Shown: positions 58,768-64,000 of the stretch, piece by piece
How the letters are laid out: every line of letters starts with the position of its first letter
Position numbering within the stretch: the stretch's first letter is position 1
NCBI GenBank assembly: GCA_963726455.1
Contig: CAVSCK010000003.1
Location: 758,166-822,165 of the forward strand
Reading direction: 5' to 3'
Length of the DNA: 64,000 nt
Source of the DNA: an uncultured bacterium
GTDB lineage: Bacteria > Zixibacteria > MSB-5A5 > CAIYYT01
Notes under the pieces: model-generated
Told to the model about the DNA's origin: nothing
Databases searched by the model: none
The model's input: the letters and a program-made list of their open reading frames with translations, nothing else
Program-made: the position numbers and the translations under genes

Positions 58768-60111
58768 ATGACAGTTGTAGTCAAATCACGCAGTAAAGAT
58801 ACCGATCTGTTCGCGCCTTCACCGTCGACGCTGCTGTCGGCATTCATGCAAGAACAGGACGAGGAATGACCTGTTGACGCCGTGGCGCAAAGGGAGTTTT
58901 GCCCGAGCGTTGGCAGCACCGGCGCCGACCAACAAGGATGAGGATTTCAAGTACGTCAATTTCCGCTTGATGGACTTGAGCCAGGTCAGGCCGGTGCATC
59001 TGGCCGATTGCCGGCAATGCCAACGGCGGACCGCCAACTTTACAGACAATCAGCGCAGATACGACCATCAAAGTGCCAGAGAAATATCGAATCCTCAGCA
59101 ACGACGCCAAGGATCAAGGAAGCAGCTACTTCGGATCATTCGCCGACGCTGCAATGATGATGCCGGAAGAGTTGTCGACCTATCTCGAGTTCTTCACGGA
59201 GCATTTCCCGCGCCGCAAGTTTGTGCATCTGGCACATGCGTTCTTGAGCCAGGGTGTATTCCTGCATGTCTGCAACGACAGCATCCTGCAGACGCCACGA
59301 CAGGTGTACACGCATATCAGCGGCACCAAGATGATGACGTCCGTGTCGGGATTGGTGATACTTGAGGACAACGCCAGAGCCAATTTCATCTGGGATGTTG
59401 ACGCCGACACCGATGCGAACGGTTTGCAGAACGGTACGCTGGATGTCGTTCTCAAGAGCGGCAGCAAACTGTCGCTGCAAGTTGAATCAGGAATTGGCGG
59501 CGTCAATCAGCAGCGTGATGACGCTGCGGGTCTATCTGGAGAAGGATGCCGAAGTCGAACTGGTGACATTCAATTCCGGCGGCAGACTGAACCAGATGGA
59601 AATTGATATGCAGTTTGCCGGTGAAGGGACCAAGGCCACTGTCAATGGCATCTATATCGGCCGCCAGGAAGAGAACTTCAATCTGCTGACGCATCAGGAT
59701 CATCGCGTCGGCAACTGCAAATCTGATCTTGTTCTACATCGGCACGCTGTCCGGGCACATCGAAATCAAATTACCTCGGCAAGATCACGATTGCACCGAA
59801 GGCGCAGCGTTCGGACGCTTATCAGAAGAATCGCAATCTGATCCTGAACAAGGGTGTGTCGGTCAACAGTTCGCCGAAACTGGAAATCGGCGCCAATGAT
59901 GTACGCTGTACTCACGGCGCGACGACCGTCACGAGTCTCTGATCTGGAGATGTTCTATCTGCAGTCTCGCGGGATCGACAAGGTCACGGCGAAAGTGCTG
60001 CTGGCAGACGGATTCCTGCAGACAGGTCGCCGAGCGACTGCAATCACTCGTATTGAAACAGGCATATCAGCAGCGGCTGGATTCGCTGCTGTCGCATTGG
60101 GGGGACAATGA
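58768..60111 (+). pseudogene. sufD: Fe-S cluster assembly protein SufD (multiple indels as assembled)
   Basis: EDFKY, QDH..GNCKSD, DAYQKNRNL, PKLEI.ANDVRCTHGAT, MFYLQSRGI; lies between sufB and sufS. Confidence 0.88.
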
Positions 60112-61348
60112 CGCTTGATCCGAAATTGATAAAGCCGACTTCCCGATCTTTGCAGCGCAAGTACGCAACGGACGCGAATTGGTCTATCTTGACAACGGCG
60201 CCACCACGCAAAAACCGGCAGCGGTAATTGATGCCGAACGTGACTTCTATCGCAATGAGTACGGCACGGTGCATCGCGGAATTTATCATCTGTCGGCGAT
60301 TGCGACCGAGCAGTATGAAGCCGCCCGCGAAACGGTGGCGGACTTCATCAACGCTCGCTTGACGAAGGAGATCATCTTCACGCGCGGCACCACGGAGTCG
60401 ATCAATCTGGTGGCCCGGACATTCGGCGACCGGTTCATCGGCAACGGGGATGAAATCGTGCTTTCGGAATTTGAGCATCATTCGAATATGGTGCCGTGGC
60501 TGATGCTGCAGGAGCGCACCGGCGCCAGATTGGTCTATGTCAAGTCGACGCCGGACTGGCGGTTTGACCTGATCGATCTGCGTTCGAAGATATCTTCGCG
60601 CACCAAGCTGGTAGCGATAACCGGAATGTCGAATGTGCTCGGGGCAATCACCGATGTCAACGCTGTCTGCGAGATGGCACATCATGTCGGAGCGCGCGTG
60701 CTGATTGACGGCGCACAACTGGTGCCGCATTATGGTTTCGACGTTCAGGCGACCGATTGCGATTTCCTGGCGTTTTCCTCGCACAAGATGCTCGGACCGA
60801 CCGGAGTAGGCGTGCTGTACATGAAGCAGGAAATCGGTGTCGCGGTACCGCCGTATCTGGGTGGCGGTGACATGATAGAATCCGTGCGTTACGACCGGTT
60901 TACGACAAACGAACTTCCTTACAAGTTCGAAGCCGGTACGCCGAACATCGCCGGAGTGATCGCCTTCGCCAAAGCGATCGAGTATCTGCAGGCGCTCGGC
61001 ATGGACAACGTTATCTCACATGAACGGGAAATTACGGAGTATGCACTCGACAAGTTGCTGTCGACCGATGGATTCACGCTATATGGTCCGCACACACCCG
61101 AGAAACGTGGGGCGTTGTTCTCGTTCAACTACAAGGACATTCACTCTCACGACGTCGCCTCGATTCTCGATTTTGCCAATATCGCGGTGCGCGCCGGTCA
61201 CCACTGCGCGCAGCCGCTGATGGAGCGGTTGGGAGTCAACTCCACTGTCCGCGCGAGTTTCTACGTTTACAATCGCAAAGAAGAAATTGATATCCTGCTG
61301 GAAAGTCTGAAGCAGTGTGAAAGGTTCTTGAAGAATGCAGTTAGATGA
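60108..61348 (+). CDS. sufS: Cysteine desulfurase SufS (one frameshift near 60133)
   Basis: ADFPIF, YLDNGATTQKP, EHHSN, SSHKMLGPTG, RAGHHCAQPL. Confidence 0.95.
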
Positions 61349-61772
61349 CTTGTACCGCGAAGTCATTGTCGACCATTACAATCGCCCGCGCAACTTCGGC
61401 AAACCGGAGAAGTGGGATATCATGGTTGAAGGTAAGAATCCGGTTTGCGGCGACGAAATTACGATATACCTGGACGTGAAGGATAACGTCGTGTCGGAAT
61501 GTCACTTCGAGGGAAAAGGGTGCTCGATCTCCATCGCTTCGGCCTCAGTGATGACAGAATCGCTGATCGGCAAGAATCTTGACGAAGTACGACAAATGTT
61601 GTCTGATTTCAATCAACTGCTGCGTGGCGAGGGCTGCCCAAGCTGCGAACAGTATTCCGATGCGATTGCTTTTCAAGGGGTTACGAAGTTTCCCGTGCGA
61701 ATCAAGTGCGCGCTGCTGGCCTGGAAGACAGTTGAAGGAATATTTCCTGACGGCGGCACGGACCACAGCTAG
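61335..61772 (+). CDS. sufU: SUF system sulfur-transfer protein SufU
   Basis: LYREVIVDHY..PRN, NPVCGD, GCSISIASAS, RIKCALLAW. Confidence 0.95.
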   Translation: MQLDDLYREVIVDHYNRPRNFGKPEKWDIMVEGKNPVCGDEITIYLDVKDNVVSECHFEGKGCSISIASASVMTESLIGKNLDEVRQMLSDFNQLLRGEGCPSCEQYSDAIAFQGVTKFPVRIKCALLAWKTVEGIFPDGGTDHS

Positions 61773-61868
61773 CTAATTGAAGCTTCCCATTCCTCATCCC
61801 ACAAAGGTTTTCCCGGCCTAACTCTATAATCTGCACAGATTTTTAACACTTCGGCTCCAGCTTTTTAG

Positions 61869-61896
61869 TTGACAGTCCCGGCCAATTGCTTATATT
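61869..61896 (+). promoter_or_regulatory. Sigma70-type promoter
   Basis: TTGACA-N16-TATATT about 145 nt upstream of ATG 62043. Confidence 0.6.
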
Positions 61897-62042
61897 CATA
61901 ACCGATGGGAAATAGGGGGCTGTGTTTTACTTTTGTTTACCTGTCATATCTATCCGTTTGGGAAAACCGAATTTTGTAGTTCATGGTTAACGCGAGAAAG
62001 CTATTTAAAAACCTAAACTTCATAAACCCTTTTGGAGGCTTT

Positions 62043-64000
62043 ATGTCACAAAAACCTCTGATTGCCAGAACGCTGCTCTTGCTTCTGGCATCCTTCCTTT
62101 TATTCTCCGGGGCGGCTTTTGCCGTAAATTCGGTGCGAATCGAATGCCCGGTGACGATGCCGACGATCGTCCCAGGCGACTCGGTTCCGATCCGGATACA
62201 TATCACAAACGACGTCGACCTCGGTGGATTTTCCCTGGGATTCCACTACAATTCCGACATGGTCGAAATTACGTCTGCTAATTTCGTCGGTTCGATCCTA
62301 ACGGCCGGACCTCTGCAAAAGAAGTTTGTGCCTGCCAGCAATATGACTCTGATCGGTTGGGCGGATTTCTCCGGCGGCATGCCGATTACTCCGCAGACCG
62401 ACGGTCTGGCGTTCACGATGTACATGAAAGTTCTTCCGGGAGCAACTTATCATTGCGTAAATATTGACTCTGCATTCGTGCCGCCGGCAGGCGCGTTCAT
62501 TTTCTCGCCGGTAGTGGGCAGCAAGATTGCGCCGGAATATTCGGACTGTGGAACGGGAGAAGTCGTTATTGGTGGAACGACATGTCCTGCTGGCAATGCG
62601 GCGCCTGTCGCAATATGCCAGGCAGTCACGGTCAATGCTAATGGCTCGTGCGTTGCTGATGCTTCCATCAACAACGGATCCTTTGATCCCGATGCCGGTC
62701 AGATCATCACTCTGACTCAGATTCCTGCCGGTCCATATCCGCTCGGTGTGACCAACGTCATGCTTATTGTCACGGACAATGGCACGCCGCAAATGGCCGA
62801 CACCTGCAATGCGAACGTGACCGTTCAAGACAAGACCAAGCCAACTCTGACTCTGCCCGCGCCGATCACCAAGGCAAATGATGCAAATCAGTGTAGCGCG
62901 GTGGTCACCTTTAGCGTAACGGCGGCGGACAATTGCGATGCTACTCCATCGATAGTTGTCAATCCGCCATCCGGCTCGACATTCCCAATCGGACTGACAA
63001 ACGTTCAGGCGATTGCCACCGATGCTTCGGGTAATGCCGACACCGGTTATTTCTCTGTTACGGTTAACGACACGCAGAAGCCGACGATCGCTTGCCCGTC
63101 GAACATCACTCAGGGCAATGACCCGGGTCTTTGCGGGGCGGTCGTTACCTGGAGCGCACCGGTTGCGGCAGACAACTGCCCGGGTGTCGTCTCCGTGGTA
63201 AATCCAGCGTCCGGCTCGACCTTCCCTGTCGGTATCACTACCGTCTGGGCCAAGGCGACTGATGCGGCAGGCAACAAAGATAGTTGTTCCTTCACCGTTA
63301 CGATCAATGACACGCAGAAGCCGACGGCGCAATGTCCAGCCAACATCGTTCAAAATAACGATGCCGGCCAGTGCGGCGCGATTGTCTCCTTCTCATTGGG
63401 TGTTGTCGACAACTGCACGGGCGCTTCGGTCGGATCATCGCCGATCAGCGGCTCGTTCTTCCCGATCGGCACGACTCCGGTAACCGTGGTCGCAACCGAT
63501 GCCGTGGGCCTGAAAGACACCTGTTACTTCACCGTTCAGGTTAACGACGCTGAAAAGCCGACAGTATCCTGTCCGGCTAATATCAGTGAAGGCGCGGCTC
63601 CGGGCGACACCGGCAAGGTTGTTACCTTCACGGTTAATTCTGCCGACAACTGCCCCGGCTCCAATCTTGTCGTGACTCCGGCTTCCGGATCATTCTTCAA
63701 GCTTGGCATTACAAACGTTAATGCAGTGGTGACTGATGCGCATGGATTGAAAGACTCATGCCAGTTTACTGTTGAAATAACGGTTGGCTTGAATCCTGAT
63801 TATTCCATTGCTGCGGCCCCCGATACGATCTTCTCGACGTTCGGCATAGCGGGCAGCGGCAACTTCGATATTACGCTGGGATCGATCGACGGCTTCGCCG
63901 GCACGGTTGCGCTTTCCAATAGCGCGACGCCTGTTGGTGTTGGCGGCAACTTCAATTCCGCCCAGTCGCCGGTTCCGTCGAACACCAACTTCTTCCACAT
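62043..64000 (+). CDS. Large secreted protein, 3'-truncated by the window: cohesin-like domain plus about five HYR-like Ig repeats
   Basis: GGAGG RBS, MSQKPLIARTLLLLLASFLLFSGAAFA signal, GDSVPIRIHITNDVDLGGFSLGFHYNSD (cohesin-like), repeats DTQKPT..CP.NI...ADNC...SGS.FP.G.T.V...ATD..GN. Frame is open to the window end, so it is absent from the ORF track. Confidence 0.88.
   Translation, partial: MSQKPLIARTLLLLLASFLLFSGAAFAVNSVRIECPVTMPTIVPGDSVPIRIHITNDVDLGGFSLGFHYNSDMVEITSANFVGSILTAGPLQKKFVPASNMTLIGWADFSGGMPITPQTDGLAFTMYMKVLPGATYHCVNIDSAFVPPAGAFIFSPVVGSKIAPEYSDCGTGEVVIGGTTCPAGNAAPVAICQAVTVNANGSCVADASINNGSFDPDAGQIITLTQIPAGPYPLGVTNVMLIVTDNGTPQMADTCNANVTVQDKTKPTLTLPAPITKANDANQCSAVVTFSVTAADNCDATPSIVVNPPSGSTFPIGLTNVQAIATDASGNADTGYFSVTVNDTQKPTIACPSNITQGNDPGLCGAVVTWSAPVAADNCPGVVSVVNPASGSTFPVGITTVWAKATDAAGNKDSCSFTVTINDTQKPTAQCPANIVQNNDAGQCGAIVSFSLGVVDNCTGASVGSSPISGSFFPIGTTPVTVVATDAVGLKDTCYFTVQVNDAEKPTVSCPANISEGAAPGDTGKVVTFTVNSADNCPGSNLVVTPASGSFFKLGITNVNAVVTDAHGLKDSCQFTVEITVGLNPDYSIAAAPDTIFSTFGIAGSGNFDITLGSIDGFAGTVALSNSATPVGVGGNFNSAQSPVPSNTNFFH

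Noticed and set aside
62298-63353. 351-aa minus-strand ORF
   Set aside because: Antisense shadow of the cohesin-HYR gene on the plus strand.

Overview
Bacterial chromosomal window of moderately high GC. The style of the many C-terminal dockerin domains suggests candidate division Zixibacteria or a related FCB lineage; this is inference, not a database result. Housekeeping content: pth-rpsF-rpsR-DUF2232-rplI-DUF151-larE, a complete classical menaquinone operon (menG-aroF-menF-menD-menH-menB-menA-menC-menE plus a convergent thioesterase), two ECF sigma factors with visible cognate promoters, and a sufCBDSU operon riddled with single-base indels that look like long-read assembly errors. Two accessory systems stand out. 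(1) A cohesin/dockerin system whose catalytic cargo is proteases rather than carbohydrate-active enzymes: M43, M14 and M12 metallopeptidases, a mini-dockerin next to a fibre-like protein, a probable adaptor, and a cohesin-HYR scaffoldin candidate at the right edge that is missing from the ORF track. The dockerin cysteines covary in pairs. (2) A REP-associated tyrosine transposase (RAYT) with five GTGC-type REP hairpins, where a lipoprotein gene lies between perfect 31-bp direct REP repeats like a captured cassette. Also seen: a pseudokinase with a MinD-like membrane tail, a CHASE4-(PAS)5 sensor with no output domain, and an unannotated 46-aa ORF behind a sigma54-like promoter. No rRNA, tRNA or CRISPR array was seen.
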